A stretch of 64,000 nt of DNA from Octopus vulgaris (lineage: Eukaryota). The stretch is taken from NCBI GenBank assembly GCA_951406725.2, contig OX597827.1, forward strand, positions 42,656,001-42,720,000, given 5' to 3'. Shown in pieces: positions 13,430 to 27,121 of this stretch; within the stretch, counting starts at the first letter, position 1, and each line of letters starts with the position of its first letter. The translations under genes were made by a program, and so were the position numbers. Under the pieces are notes generated by a model. It made no database searches, was not told the origin of the DNA, and worked only from the letters and a program-made list of their open reading frames with translations.

Positions 13430-13810
13430 CTCTTTTTACTTGTTTCAGTCATTTGACTGTGGCCATGCTGGATCACCGCCTTTAGTCGAGCAGATCGACC
13501 CCAGGACTTATTCTTTGTAAGCCTAATACTTATTCTAACGGTCTCTTTTGACGAACCGCTAAGTTATGGGGACGTAAACACACCAGCATCAGTTGTCAAG
13601 CGATGTTGGGGGGACAAGCACAGACACACAAACACATATACACACACATGCGTATACTTATACATATATGCGACGGGCTTCTTTCAGTTTCCGTCTACCA
13701 AATCCACTCACAAGGCGTTGGTCGGCCCGAGGCTATAATAGAAGACACTTCTCCAAGGTGCCACGCAATGGGACTGAACCCGGAACCATGTGGCTCGTAA
13801 GCAAGCTACT
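13430..13810 (-). mobile_element. SINE family B with internal (CA)/(TA) microsatellite
   Basis: ttttacttgtttcagtcatttgactg...cgacgggcttctttcagtttccgtctaccaaatccactcacaagg...gaacccggaaccatgtgg. Confidence 0.85.
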
Positions 13811-14149
13811 CTGTTGTCTGTTAGCTGTATTTGTGTGAACCTTTGCCAAAAGGCACCCCAGTCATGACCACCCTGCCTTTTCCCTGTTACGACTGAATAG
13901 ATAACAGATCGGGGAAGACGTTTTGCCATAGTCCTTCCGGTTCTTTATGTTCTGAGTTCAAATCTCGTTGAAGTCCACTTTGCTTTTTATTCCTTCGGTG
14001 TCGATAAAATAAAGCACCAAATATTGAGGGTTGATGTTATCAATTTACACCCTTCCCATCAAAATTTCTGGCTTGTGTCTAAATCAGAAAACAATTTTCC
14101 AGTTTCTTTGTATTTGAGGAATTTTATGTGGCTGGAAGACTAAATTTCG

Positions 14150-14365
14150 ATGATTATGGTTTAAATCTGCCATCGAGGCGACAGATTTTTAAATAGATTT
14201 CAATCGGTTTGCAATTTTTGTTCAACAGTGTCTGGGGAATGGTAGAAGTCTGTCAGAGTAATGTCATCTGCGTTAGATGGCTTTTATTTTGCGGAGGTGT
14301 TGGACGTTCTTTGTGGATATAAGTTGAAAGGCGTGCGTGAGAGAACGGATCCCTGTGGGACTACT
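14150..14365 (-). pseudogene. Jockey/I-like reverse transcriptase fragment, highly degenerate
   Basis: Minus strand VPQGSVLSRTPFNLY ... ADDITL motifs. Confidence 0.6.
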
Positions 14366-14668
14366 TCACAAAATTAAAAATAATAATTGTGTGTTCTAGA
14401 AGTGGAAAGAGAGGAGAATAATAATAATAATAATAATAAGAAGAAGAAGAAGAAGAGAGAGGGAGGAGAAGAGGGAGAGGAAGAGAGAGAATCTAAACCG
14501 AAAGCTTATTGATTATACAATGATTCGTGGTATGAATGGGTTTTTTAAAATTCTTTTTGTCTCTTTATGTATTAGTGGTTGGGTTGTTGAGTGTTGTGGT
14601 TTGAAGCCGCATTGAAATGTAATGAGGGAGTATGTAATTTTGTGATGTCAATGATGAGTCATTACTAA

Positions 14669-15412
14669 GGTGGCGTGCTGGCAGAGTCGTTAGCACACCC
14701 GGCAAAATGCTCAGCGGCATTTCATCTGTCTGTAAATTCTGAGTTCAAAGTCCGCTGAATTCAAATTTAACCTTTCGACCTTTTGTGGTCGATAAAATAA
14801 GAACCAGTTGAACACCTGGGTTGATATATTGGATTTGCCCTTTCTCCCAAAACTGCTGGCCCTGTGCCAAAATTTAAAACCAGCTGAGCAGCAGGGTCAA
14901 TGTATTCCCTTTGCCCTTTTCCCCGAAACTGCTGGCCTTGTTCCAAGATTTAAAACAAGTTGAGCAACAGGGTCAACGTATCTGATTTTCCCTTTCTCCC
15001 GAAACTGCTGGCTCTGTGCCAAAATTTAAAACCAGTTGAGCAACAGGGTCAACGAATTCGCTTTGCCCTTTCTTCCGTAACTGCTGGCCCTGTGCCAAAA
15101 TTTATATCCAGCTGAGCAACAGGGTCAACGTATTCACCTTGCCCTTTATCCCGAAACTGCTGGCCTTGTGCCAAACTTTAAATCCAGCTGAGCAACAGGG
15201 TCAACGTATTCACATTGCCCTTTCTCCCAAAACTGCTGGCTTTGTGCCAAAATGTAAAACCAGTTGAGCAGCAGGGTCAACGTATCCGATTTGACCTTTC
15301 TCCCGAAACTGCTGGCCCTGTGCCAAAACTTAAAACCAGTTGAGTAACAGGGTCAACGTATTCGATTTGCAATTTCTCCCGAAACTGCTAGCCCTGCGTC
15401 AAATTTTGAAAG
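14669..15412 (+). repeat. SINE family A whose 3' 76 bp is amplified into an 8-copy minisatellite
   Basis: ctgctg/agc anchors at 14853, 14929, 15005, 15081, 15157, 15233, 15309 and 15385 (exact 76-bp period). Confidence 0.9.
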
Positions 15413-15645
15413 CAATTATCATTCATACTTGTTAAGGATTTCTATACTTGTATGATTGACCTGTATGATATTACATCATTCGGATTTGGTTCAATTGTAG
15501 ACTTGTTATAAATTGGCCCAGCTTCCAGATTTTACGAATTTCAGTGCCAGTAGAAGCAGTAATTACTCCTACTGGCAACTACAGAAATGTCTACAGGCCT
15601 CAACTATTTCAGGTTTAGCTTTTGATACGTAAATACGATAAAGGC

Positions 15646-15953
15646 TCCCTTCGGTCATGAATGACTGTGAGATTGCGCCTAGAAAGTTCCCCCCTGGGAC
15701 ACAAATCAGTCCGGGAAGGGTTGTTTATGGAAGACCAGCAGTTGCTCGTGCATACCAGACTCCGCTTTCCACGCCACCGATGTTATCCCAAGTAAAGACA
15801 AAGGCTTGGCACCAGTGACGTCACAATTCATTTCTACAGCTGAGTGAACTGGAGCAACGTGACACACAGAACTCGACACACAGCCCAGTCTTGGAATCGA
15901 ACTCACTACCTCATGATTGCTAGCCCGACGCTCTAACCACTGAGCCATGCGCC
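15646..15953 (-). mobile_element. SINE family D
   Basis: Head ggcgcatggctcagtggttagagcgtcggg on the minus strand; tail ccttcggtcatgaatgac. Confidence 0.8.
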
Positions 15954-16106
15954 TTCACAATTTAACAGGTATAAAAGGTGAGAATGATACTGTAGATGGA
16001 AATTTTCGTGTTTTTCATTTTGTGTATGTTTTCTTTGCATGATTGCTATTGGATAGTTTTCAAAAAATGTCTTATAGGAAGGTGGGGGTGCATGGAGTTG
16101 TAGAAG

Positions 16107-16410
16107 AGGCACGTAGCTTTATGGTTAGGGTATTCGGCTCAAGGTCGTGAGGTCGTGAGTTCGATATCTGGAGGCGCGTTGTGTCCTTGAGGAAGACACT
16201 TTATTACGCGTTTCTACAGTCCATCCAGCTAGCAAAAATGAGTTGTACCTGTGTTTCAAAGAACCGGTCATATCCCATTATGTTTCATACCGAATCTTCC
16301 TCAGAACTACGAAAAAGGTACGCGTGTTTATAGAGTTCGCTGCCACTTGTTAATTTTACGAGCAGGCTCAGATTAACTGGAACACTCGCCGTCGTAACCG
16401 ACGGAGTGCC
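16107..16410 (+). mobile_element. tRNA-headed SINE (D-like head, tail shared with 23960-24133)
   Basis: ggcacgtagcttta tggttagg...gtgtccttgaggaagacacttt; tail gagcaggct...gtcgtaaccgacggagtgc. Confidence 0.7.
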
Positions 16411-16440
16411 AGTAAAATGTATTATTTGAGATGTTGTTAA

Positions 16441-16775
16441 AGCGGCGAGCTGGCCGAATCGTTAGCACGCCGGGCGAAATGCTCAGCTGTATGCCATCTG
16501 CCGCTGCGTTCTGAGTTCAAATTCTGCCGAGGTCGACTTTGCCTTTCATCCTTTCAGTACCAGTTGAGAACTGGGGTCGATATGATTGACTGTCCCCCTC
16601 CCCACAAAATCCAGGCCTTGTGCTTATAGTACGTTCTGAGTTCAAATTCCGACGAGGTCGACTTTGCCTTTCATCCTCTCGGTCTCGATAAATTAAGTAC
16701 CAGTCGATCTAATTGACCGCCAGCCCACCCTTCTCCAAAAATTTCGGGCCTTGTGCCTAGAGTAGAAAAGACTAT
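16441..16775 (+). mobile_element. SINE family A with internal duplication
   Basis: Core gttctgagttcaaatt...gaggtcgactttgcctttcatcc at about 16508 and 16633. Confidence 0.85.
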
Positions 16776-17608
16776 TGCTTTATCGTCCCTTCATCTTTTA
16801 TGCAAACCACCACAAAAATTTCAAACTGTCCTTGCAATGTCCCCTCATCTTGCTTCTGTGAACCTCTCACCTGTGACTATCCCATTATTTTTGTTTAACC
16901 ACAACTATATTATCTAATGTCACCTGCTTATGAATTTTCAAGACGAGAAGAGGTGATATAAGGCAAATTTCAGCTGCTATATCTAGCAGTTGGGACGAAC
17001 GCATAGCGGTTTCCTTCGTTGACCCGCGAGATAATCACATCGATAGCAATAACATTGTTGCTCAGTGACTTCCGGTCGTGTAGACATATGATCAAAGGCA
17101 TTCCAACTGAGACCATCCCGTCTATTTTCGATTTTTTTTTTGTACAGCGTATTTCAGAACACATTATCTGAAGTGCCCTTCCTTTAAAAGAAAAAATATA
17201 TATACTGCAGGGTATAACATGAAAGAGACCTGGCTGTTATTTTTAGAAGGTCGTACGACCGTTCATTAGATCGTAGTAGTGGTGTTAGGGATGATGGAGG
17301 TGATGATGGTGGTGATGTGATGGCGGTGGAGGTGGTGGTTGTGTGGTGGCAGTTGTGGTGGTGGGTGTGGTGGTGGCGGTGATGGTAATGATGGTGGTGA
17401 TGGTTCACGAGGGTGGTCATGGAGGTGACGGTGGTGGGGGTGATGATGATGGCGATGATGGTGATGGTAGTGGTAGTAGAGGTCAATAAGAACACAGCTG
17501 CGCAGCTGCATCCGATTATTTAATTAATCTCACTAATTGCCGCAAGTATGTAGAAGTATTAATAGTATTTCTTACTGTCCAGTTCATATTTTTCTACTCT
17601 CTTTATAC

Positions 17609-17669
<61 letters not shown>

Positions 17670-18013
17670 TATGTGTGTGTGTGTGTGTGAGTGTGTATAT
17701 GTGTGCGTGTGTGTGTGTGAGCGTGTACGCACATTATGCATCTATATCTATATCTATATTTATCTATATACATATATATATATATATATGCACGCACACA
17801 CACTCACAGGTACATGTATATGTATGAATAAATATACATATATATGTACATATATATACACGTACATATACGTGTATATATATATGCGTGTGCGTGTGGG
17901 ATGCTTGTGTGTGGATACGCGTATATATATATATATATACATATATATACACACATACATATACATGCATATACGAGTACATATGTGTATGAATGTATTT
18001 CCCTCTCATTCAT

Positions 18014-18067
<54 letters not shown>

Positions 18068-18199
18068 ATAAGAAAGCCATTTTGCTCGCCTTTGATTATT
18101 CTTCTGTATTGCACTTCTTTGCCTTCTCTGTGGGAAGCAATCGGGTGCAGCTGGCTATTAACTCTCATCACATCGATAATACTCCATTGCTGATTCAGT

Positions 18200-18860
18200 G
18201 CACAAATGCCCCCAAAGGATATTCAAGACCTGATTATACTCCCAGGTATACTTAGCCAAGGATGACTTACCATGCTGCCAAAACATTTCCCGGCAATGCG
18301 TAACCTCCACACCAACGACAGCTGTTGGTGTCATTCCAGCCTCACCGTTTAAATCTGACCGAAGATGATAGAGGCACAGATTATACCATTCTGAGGAGAA
18401 ACTGGAACTTGGATGGCTCTATTATAGACATCATAGTCCTCAACAGATTCCTTTGCGGAGATTTCTCTCATGCTGAGCAAGCTTTATGTCTTTGTTGAAC
18501 CTCTTGCTTTTGTCAAACGCATCACTTTCGGTTCAATCCGTTGAGCCTTTCTCGTCGCGATATTTCACCTGTCTCCGTTATACTGGTTGGTATTTTTCGA
18601 CGGTATTCCAAAGACAGTATCGTAACCACCTCTGCTGTGCCTGGGATGTTTTCAGAAGCAAGCGCCTCGCCCTGAGTACAAACACCACTTCTCCAATCAT
18701 GCATATGTCACGAAAGAAAGAGAGGTCAATACGTTTGCAGAACCTATGGAGCCGTAGGGATGCCAAATTTTGGTTAATTATAATGTTCCTATTTCCTTTT
18801 GGGTCTCTCCATTGGATTTTCTCTTGGGGTTTACTGCCTTGAACTTTTTAAACCCTCAAT
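18200..18860 (-). pseudogene. HERO/NeSL-like RLE non-LTR retrotransposon fragment
   Basis: Minus strand shows a CRWC zinc-knuckle remnant followed by KYTWEYNQVLNIL, resembling the YTWRHNQVL motif; many frameshifts. Confidence 0.5.
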
Positions 18861-19254
18861 AAATTACCCCACAAGGCAGCAGGCTTTTATTATTGTTGTA
18901 GGCATGGTTTGCGCAGAGCCAGTCTCACTCTCTTTCATCCTTCAAACCAGTATACGTTTGGCTCGATAAGTGTTACGGGTCTATTAGTAATCAGTTTGTG
19001 GGATATGTATGAAGTTACCTTCTTTTAGATGTGCAGTTAAAATGCTGAAGGACTTCATCTGTTCCGGGCCCGTTGGTGTGACTTTCTTCTGGGACCCTAA
19101 CAGGTGCTGTTACTCCAGGTCACAGCTGAATAATAGTCATTAATAGATAGTTATACACTCCTCAAAAGCCTGAATCTCCAGAATCAGAGCCCCATTATTG
19201 GATACGGTTTAAAGCCATACCCAGGACTATGTCCCCGTAATACAGACGAGGACA

Positions 19255-19462
19255 TAGGTTTCAGATTTTGGCACAAGGCCAGCAATTCTAAGGTGGGGAT
19301 AAATTGATTACATCGACCCCAGTGGTCAATTGGTACTTATTTTATGGACACCGAAAGGATGAAAGTCAAAGGCGACCTCGGCGGAATTTGAACTCAGAAT
19401 GTAAAGACGTACGAAACACTGCCAAGCATTTTATTGGGCGTACTAACTATCCTGCCAGCTTG
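19255..19462 (-). mobile_element. SINE family A
   Basis: Reverse complement of the family A core. Confidence 0.8.
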
Positions 19463-20172
19463 TTAATTCTACAATAGCCCTGCAGCCCAGCCCTTATATT
19501 TTGCATCACTCCAAACACCTATTTATTTTTTCAGGTTTGTTGTGTAGTCTCTTCACTTCCTTTTTGGGAACCCAATTGGCTGTGTTACCCGGACAACGAG
19601 GCCCACAAAATTCCGTACCATCATCATATGCCAGCAAGCTATTGCTAGGTTAAACCAGTAACGTTCAAGATACACGAAGTTTTGCCGTAGCAACCGCAGC
19701 ATCTCCGATGGGAAACAAAGCCACTTTATATAAGAATTTGGTAGCCTGTTTTACCATTTTCCATTCTCTCCAAGTCTTATGCTAAATCTTATGCTAAGTC
19801 TTTAATGCTAAATCTGGTGAGAGATGTAGCTGAAGACGATGGTTTTGCATATTTCCCACTTTATAAGGAATAAAATATTAGAGACATAGTACTTTCTTCT
19901 AGGTTAGAATGATTTCAGGTTTAAATGAAAACATATCAATCGGATTTGTTTTGTTGTTGTGGACTTGAGAAATAACGCCATAGTAAGGCACTACGAGGAT
20001 CTTAAAAGTAAATTTGAAAACTTCCTCAAGAGAAATACCAGAACCTATGCCCCAATATGCTGGCTGGATGAATTATCATTGGTGGAAACTGATCACAGCA
20101 TTACGAACTACATCCTATAACGAACCATATATTATAACGAACCACATCGTATAAAGAAACACATCGTATACC

Positions 20173-20406
20173 TATTTCTTTATTACCCACAAGGGGCTAA
20201 ACATAGAGGAGACAAACATGGACAGACATAGGTATTAAGTCGATTATATCGGCCCCAGTGCGTAACTGGTACTTAATTTATCGACCCCGAAAGGATGAAA
20301 GGCAAAGTCGACCCCAGCGGAATTTGAACTCACAACGTTACGGCAGCCGAAATACCGCTAAGCATTTCGCCCGACGTACTAACGATTCTGCCAGCTCGCC
20401 GCCTTT
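20173..20406 (-). mobile_element. SINE family A with 21-bp TSD, inserted in a 19-bp minisatellite
   Basis: TSD taaagaaacacatcgtatacc at 20152-20172 and 20407-20427; flanking units ataacgaaccacatc at 20100-20486. Confidence 0.85.
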
Positions 20407-20559
20407 TAAAGAAACACATCGTATACCGAACCACATCATATAACGAACCACATCTTATAACGAACCACATCCTCTAACAACCCACGTGCTTTCTCCATGG
20501 CGATAATGTAGTGATCATTTTTTTTTAAGCGACTGGATTTTTCCAGATAGCACCAATAA

Positions 20560-21250
20560 AAGTTGCTGCTTTTGTCGCAAAATTTTTAGCTTTTCAAATA
20601 AGACATTTTTAGAAAAAGCCTGGAATTAATAGCTGGAATGAATCATGCTCATGAATATTTGTAATCACTTAAAAATTCAGTCGATCATCTGAAATTCTTA
20701 AGAAATGGTTTGAGACATTACTGCAATGGCAGACTTTGTAAGACTGTTGATAAAGAGATGCAGTCACGTGTTGGAAGAGAGATGGAGAGCATTGGTGTAA
20801 TATCTACGAATGCTTAATAATCGTCGCTCTGTATTTAGATGAAAGCAATTTGGCTTTCAGAAAATGTTTAGGCATATCACTTACGCCGAATACTGTTTTT
20901 CTTATTTCAAAAACAATTTTTAAAAAAGTTTCTTGAGGTACGTGGAAAATTTGAATCCGTAAATGACTGAACACGAAATCGAGCAGTGTTTAAACAATTT
21001 CACGTTCATGATTGTACAAAAAAAGATTAGAATGAAGTTGCTAGTGTGTTATGAAATGCTGTCCAGTAAAATATATAAAGCTGAGCTGAAAAAAAGGAAA
21101 AGAAATAAAAGCTTTATATTTCTACCTTACCTCAGAATGTAAGCTAGATTTAAGATACATGGAACAACTTTCACTTACATTAAGATCTTTCAAAATATTT
21201 CAATGCAGGAGAATTTTGTTGGTTATAAAGCAATTATAGATACTACAAGT
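20560..21250 (+). pseudogene. hAT (ZMYM1/Tip100-like) transposase fragment, degenerate
   Basis: VDKEMQ...EHWCNIYECLIIVALYLDESNLAFR resembles the DUF4371 W..L.RII....FLA..NLAFRG motif; later MEQLSLTLR. Confidence 0.5.
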
Positions 21251-21631
21251 AGATGATTATCAGAAAATATACTTTGATTTTCAGAGAGGGAGAGAAAGGG
21301 GAGAGAGAGATGGAGAGAAAGGGGAGAGAGAGAGAGATGGAGAGAAAAGGAGAGAGAGAGAGAGAGCAAAACTTACATTACTGCAGAGGTCAGAGATAGG
21401 ACAATGGTTCAAATTTGAAAGGAGAGAATAAAAAGATTCGGGAATGCATTACAGGTGTTCTATTTGGCTGGGGAGAAAGTCCAGTCGGATTTTAAATATA
21501 ATCACCCTGAGACTACTTTTTTTTAATACTCATGGTAAAATAAGCATTAACTTTTACGGTCTTTTTTTTCTCCTTTGCAGATTATTGTAAAACCAAAATG
21601 GTTAAATTCGTATGACTTTTACCGTATTACA

Positions 21632-22060
21632 ATGAGTTTCGATCAGACCCATATTAGACAACGTATTCTGTATGAATTGAAAAGGTACTCTTCAGCAGTG
21701 GAAGTAGCAAGAAATATGTGTTCTATCTACGAAAATAGAGTTTTAAGTTACTGGATATACCTACGATAGTTTTGGCCAGTTTTCTCGAGAAATTTTTATC
21801 TCGCAGTCTTACCTGGATTTAGAAGATTAAGTTCTGTCAATGATGAGCTTATGAAAACCGTGGTTGAGGAAATTCAAAGCAAACTGCCATAAGAATTAGC
21901 AAAATAGTTTAATTCAAGTCACACTCCAGTCACAAAATACTTTGTGAACAAGGAATACTGTCTAAACTTGGTCAGCAAGTCCTTCATCATCAGACTGCTT
22001 CTTAGCGTAATCAAAGAGTTGACCTCCAGAAATTTATTCAAACTGCACCTATTGTGTTCT
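21632..22060 (+). pseudogene. Mariner transposase N-terminal (HTH) fragment
   Basis: HIRQRILYELKRYSSAVEVARNMCSIYENRVLS...SSVNDELMKTVVEE...ELAK*FNSSHT resembles the mariner HTH region; contains stops. Confidence 0.7.
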
Positions 22061-22136
22061 CAGTTTTGTAACTTAAACGAAAACTACCGGAGAAAATTGT
22101 CTGCTATGAAGACACAGCCCCACCTCTCTCTCTTTC

Positions 22137-22177
<41 letters not shown>

Positions 22178-22222
22178 GTCCCTGTCTCTTTCTCTCTCTT
22201 TCTCTGTCTCTTCACATATGTA

Positions 22223-22258
<36 letters not shown>

Positions 22259-22342
22259 TGTATGTATGTATGTATGTATGTATGTATGTATGTATGTATG
22301 CATGTATGTATGTATGTATGTATGTATGTACTATCTACCTAT

Positions 22343-22559
22343 TTACTCTTTTACTTGTTTCAGTCATCTGACTGCGGCCATGCTGGAGCACCGCCTTTTA
22401 GGAGCAAATCGACCCCAGGACTTATTCTTTGTAAGCCCATTACTTATTCTATCGGTTTCTTTTGCCGAACCGCTAGCTTACGGGTACGTACACACACCAG
22501 CATCGGTTGTCAAGCGATGTTGGGGGGGGGGAGGAACAAACACAAACACACAAACTCAT

Positions 22560-22590
<31 letters not shown>

Positions 22591-22760
22591 TATATATATG
22601 CGACGGGCTTCTTTCAGTTTCCGTCTACCAAATCCACTCACAAGCCTTTGGGCGGCCCGAGGCTTTAATAGAAGACACTTGCCCAAGGTGCCACGCAGTG
22701 GGACTGAACACGGAACCATGTGGTTGGTAAACAAGCTACTTACTACACAGTCACTCCTGG
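22343..22760 (-). mobile_element. SINE family B
   Basis: Full-length reverse-complement copy with internal (CA)n. Confidence 0.85.
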
Positions 22761-23082
22761 ACTTATTTGTCTGTCTTTCTATCTATTTGTATGCATGCAT
22801 GCTCGAGTGAAAGAGCAATGCTAGTCACCAAAATATACGAAGCTCAATGTACTCATCATGACTACCCGTCTGAAAAGCGTGCAGCTGATAGCACAGCAGC
22901 TGACCTGACTGTAAGAGATCTAGAACATATCTGCGCAACATGGTTACCTTATACCAAGATTAACAGTGCATGATCTTGCAGATGAGGCCCAGTTTGAAAT
23001 TTCTTCGGGTCGAGTAGCACATCTCACTCAAAAGGTCTCTGAATAAGACTTGTTTAAAAAAAAAAAAGGATGAATAAAACCT

Positions 23083-23248
23083 AGGTGTAGGAGTGGCTGT
23101 GTGGTAAATAGCATGCTTAACAACCACATGGTTCCGGGTTCAGTCCCACTGTGTGGGACCTCGGGCAAGTGTCTTCTAATATAGCCTCGGGCTGACCAAA
23201 GCCTTGTGAGTGGATTTGGTAGACGGAAACTGAAAGAAGTCCGTTGTA

Positions 23249-23319
<71 letters not shown>

Positions 23320-23523
23320 GTGTGTGTGTTTGTCCCCCCAACATCGTTTGACAACTGATGGTGGTGTGTTTACGTCCCCGTAACTTAGCGGTTCGGCAAA
23401 CGTGACCGATAGAATAAGTACTAGCCTTACAAAGAATAAGGCCTGGGGTCGATTTGCTCGACTAAAGGTCGGTGCTCCAGCATAGCCACAGTCAAATGAC
23501 TGAAACAAGTAACAGAGTAAAAG
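23083..23523 (+). mobile_element. SINE family B
   Basis: ggtgtaggagtggctgtgtggta...ggttccgggttcagtccc...(TA)n...tgactgaaacaagtaa. Confidence 0.85.
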
Positions 23524-23754
23524 ACAACACCGATGTTTTGAAGAGGGGAATTATGCAAGCCGACAAATACTCCTACTCGCGACCAAAAATACACACGTTC
23601 TCAGCAATAAAGTTACATGCTCAACTATTTAAAAGTGACTGACAAACAAATCTGTGGTATCGAGTAGAATATTTGCTGCAGCCCGTGTATATATAATAAC
23701 TTTTAAACTGTGTTGGAACGGCTTTCTTTTGTCTGTAATTTTATTGCATTAACG

Positions 23755-24133
23755 TGGAGGCGCAATGGCCCAGTGGTTAGGGCAGCGGACTCGCGGTCGC
23801 AGGATCGCGGTTTCGATTACCATACCGGGCGTTGTGAGTGTTTATTGAGTGAAAACATCTAAAAAGCTCCACGATGCTCCGGCAGGGATGGTGGTGATCC
23901 CTGCTGTACTCTTTCACCACAACTTTCTCTCACTCTTACTTCCTGTTTCTGGTGTATCTGTATTTCAAAGGGTCGGCCTTGTCACCCTCTGTGTCACGCT
24001 GAATATCCCCGAGAACTACGTTAAGGGTACACGTGTCTGTGGAGTGCTCAGCCACTTACAAGATAATTTCACGAGCAGGCTGTTCCGTTGATCGGATCAA
24101 CCGGAACCCTCGTCGTCGTAACCGACGGAGTGC
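23755..24133 (+). mobile_element. SINE family C (tail type 2)
   Basis: ggaggcgcaatggcccagtggttagggcagcggactcgcgg head. Confidence 0.85.
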
Positions 24134-24760
24134 TTCCATCTATTGCATTAACATAAAATTGCAGATTTTCGATTTGAAATCCTCAAAGACATTTCTTAAC
24201 GTTACATATATAACAGCTGCAAAGTTCATCTTAGCCACGGCATCAGCGACCATAGGCCACTTCCTGTTAGTGGTTGCCACATTGGGCTTAATATTTTCAA
24301 AGGAATGTGTGTAGGTGTGCATGGATTAGACTTTAAAATATTTTGCAGTCAGGTCAGTTGCTGCGCTATCATCTGCACATTGTTCAGAAAGAAAAAAAAG
24401 AAAGATTTCTGCTCGTAGATTTCTCCGCATCCGTATAATGCTTCTTCGTTTGTTTGTTTGTTTGTTTGTTTGTTTGTTTGTTTGTATGTATGTATGTATG
24501 TATGTATGCATGTATGTATGTATGTATGTGCATATATATGCGTATATATTTCTATATAAACATATATATAGGTGAGTATTATGTAATTATGCATGTATGC
24601 AGATATATGTAGTATGTATACATTTATATGTATGTGTATGTATATAGATATATTCATATATGTACAATATATATATATATGTATACATATTTATGTATAT
24701 ATATATGTGTGTGTATGTATGTATATGTGCGTGCGTATGTTTATACATATATAGGTATCG

Positions 24761-24793
<33 letters not shown>

Positions 24794-24847
24794 GACATAT
24801 ATACTTATATACATATAAATATACATTTGTACATATATGCATATACG

Positions 24848-24886
<39 letters not shown>

Positions 24887-25086
24887 TTATGTATGTATGT
24901 ATGTATGTATGTATGTATGTATGTATGTATGTATGTATGTATGTATGTATGTATATACACACAACACACACACATATATACATATATACATATCCTTACA
25001 TAAATATATACATACAGACACATATGGACATGCATATACGTGTGTGTATGTGTGTATGTACATGTGTGTGTGTTCAATGTGAATTC

Positions 25087-25130
<44 letters not shown>

Positions 25131-25625
25131 TATGCGTAGGTAGGGAAAAAATTGTCAGGCTTAAGTAAATTAGAGAAAGAAACGTTTACAACTCCATCAA
25201 CATCACTAAATCCAAACCACCACCACCACAACTACCACCACCACCACCACCACCACAACTACCACCACCACCACCACCACCACAACTACCACCACCACCA
25301 CCACCACCACCGCTACGAGCAGTAACTGTACAACAGGAACAACAATAACTGCAGCAGTGGTAGCAATGGGAGCAGCAGCAGCAGCAGCAGCAAATGTAAA
25401 ATAACACCACCCGTTATACAAGCGAGAACTATATTGCTCATCCACCCGTAAGAATAACGTAAGCTGATTGTCTAAAATTAGACGAGAAAACAAGAACAAA
25501 ACTATTCACCGCGTCTACCCACAACTACCCGTAATCGACTCAACAAGGTTACCTAAGTACATGTACACTCAAATGCAGATACATAAATAAATACGGCTGT
25601 ATGCCTTCATACATATCTAAGTGTC

Positions 25626-25675
<50 letters not shown>

Positions 25676-25691
25676 CATATATACATATGTG

Positions 25692-25804
<113 letters not shown>

Positions 25805-25868
25805 ACGCATATGTATATATGTATATATATATTTATATATATAAAGACACTTAGATATGTATCAAGGC

Positions 25869-26016
<148 letters not shown>

Positions 26017-26521
26017 CATACGTACATATATATGTACGTGTATAAATATGTGTATATACATACATGCATGTATGTATTTATGCATGTATGTATGTATATA
26101 CGTATTTATGTATGTGTGTATGCGTTTGCGTATGTATGTGCATGCGTGTGTGTGCGCGCCCGCTCTGTGCATATGAATAAGTACAGATGTATTTTAATGG
26201 AATTTAAGTCAAAGAGCCGGGACTTAAATTCCATTAGAGTATGTCTCCTTTTGCTGTCGACCTTTCCTTCTTTCCGTTCGCTATTATCCATAGCGAAGTA
26301 ATATATATGTGTGTGTGCGTGTGTGTGTGTGTGTGTACGCATGCATACATATATTCATGTATAAAAGCGTATAGTATTTATACACAATGAGGCGACCTTT
26401 ACAGGATGGCTTACACGCTAGAGAGAACAACCAAACCCAAACCAGAAATAAAAGTAATTCCAAAGAGGATGAAAACGATAATTATTTACAGTTAATCCCA
26501 AACTCGATTTGCTTTAGTAAT

Positions 26522-26944
26522 AGGCGTAGAAGTAGCTGCGAGGTAAGTAGGTTGCTTACGAACCGCATGGTTCCGTGTTCAGTTCCACTGCGTGGCACCT
26601 TGGCCAAGTGTCTTCTATTATAGATTCGGTCCAACCAAATCCTTGTGAGTGTATTTGGTAGACGGAAACTGAAAGAAGCCCGTCGTATGTATGTGTATAT
26701 ATATATATATATGTGTGTGTGTTTGTGTGTGTGTTTGTGTGTCTGTGTTTGTCTCCAACAACATCGCTTGACAACCGATGTAGGTGTGCTTACGTCCCCG
26801 TAACTTAACGGTTCGGCAAAAGAGACCGATAGAATAAGTACTGGGCTTACAAAGAATAAGTCCTGGGGTCAATGTGCTCGACTAAAGGCGGTGCTCCGGC
26901 ATGGCCACAGTCAACTGACTGAAACAAGTAAAAGGGTAAAAGAG
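26522..26944 (+). mobile_element. SINE family B
   Basis: Full-length copy inside the left arm of the fold-back. Confidence 0.85.
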
Positions 26945-27121
26945 AACAAATAAATTAATTTGTCATCTGTACTTCATCAGTGGGATCGTCTAAGAGAAAT
27001 GCATAATTATGAGGCAAATACGCACCGCTTGCGCGGTTGATTTGAATGCATAAACGTATAAGCATGCAGCACACGTGGAATTTTTGTACGTATTAGCTAC
27101 ATAACTATGCATTGTCTTAGG

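Noticed and set aside
14802-15412. Regularly spaced repeats as a CRISPR array
   Set aside because: Whole 76-bp units repeat with no unique spacers; they derive from a SINE tail, in a eukaryotic context with no cas genes.
23755-23830. tRNA genes (also at about 6480, 9870, 15880 and 63892)
   Set aside because: These are tRNA-like heads with A/B boxes that continue into SINE bodies and lack a proper acceptor stem.
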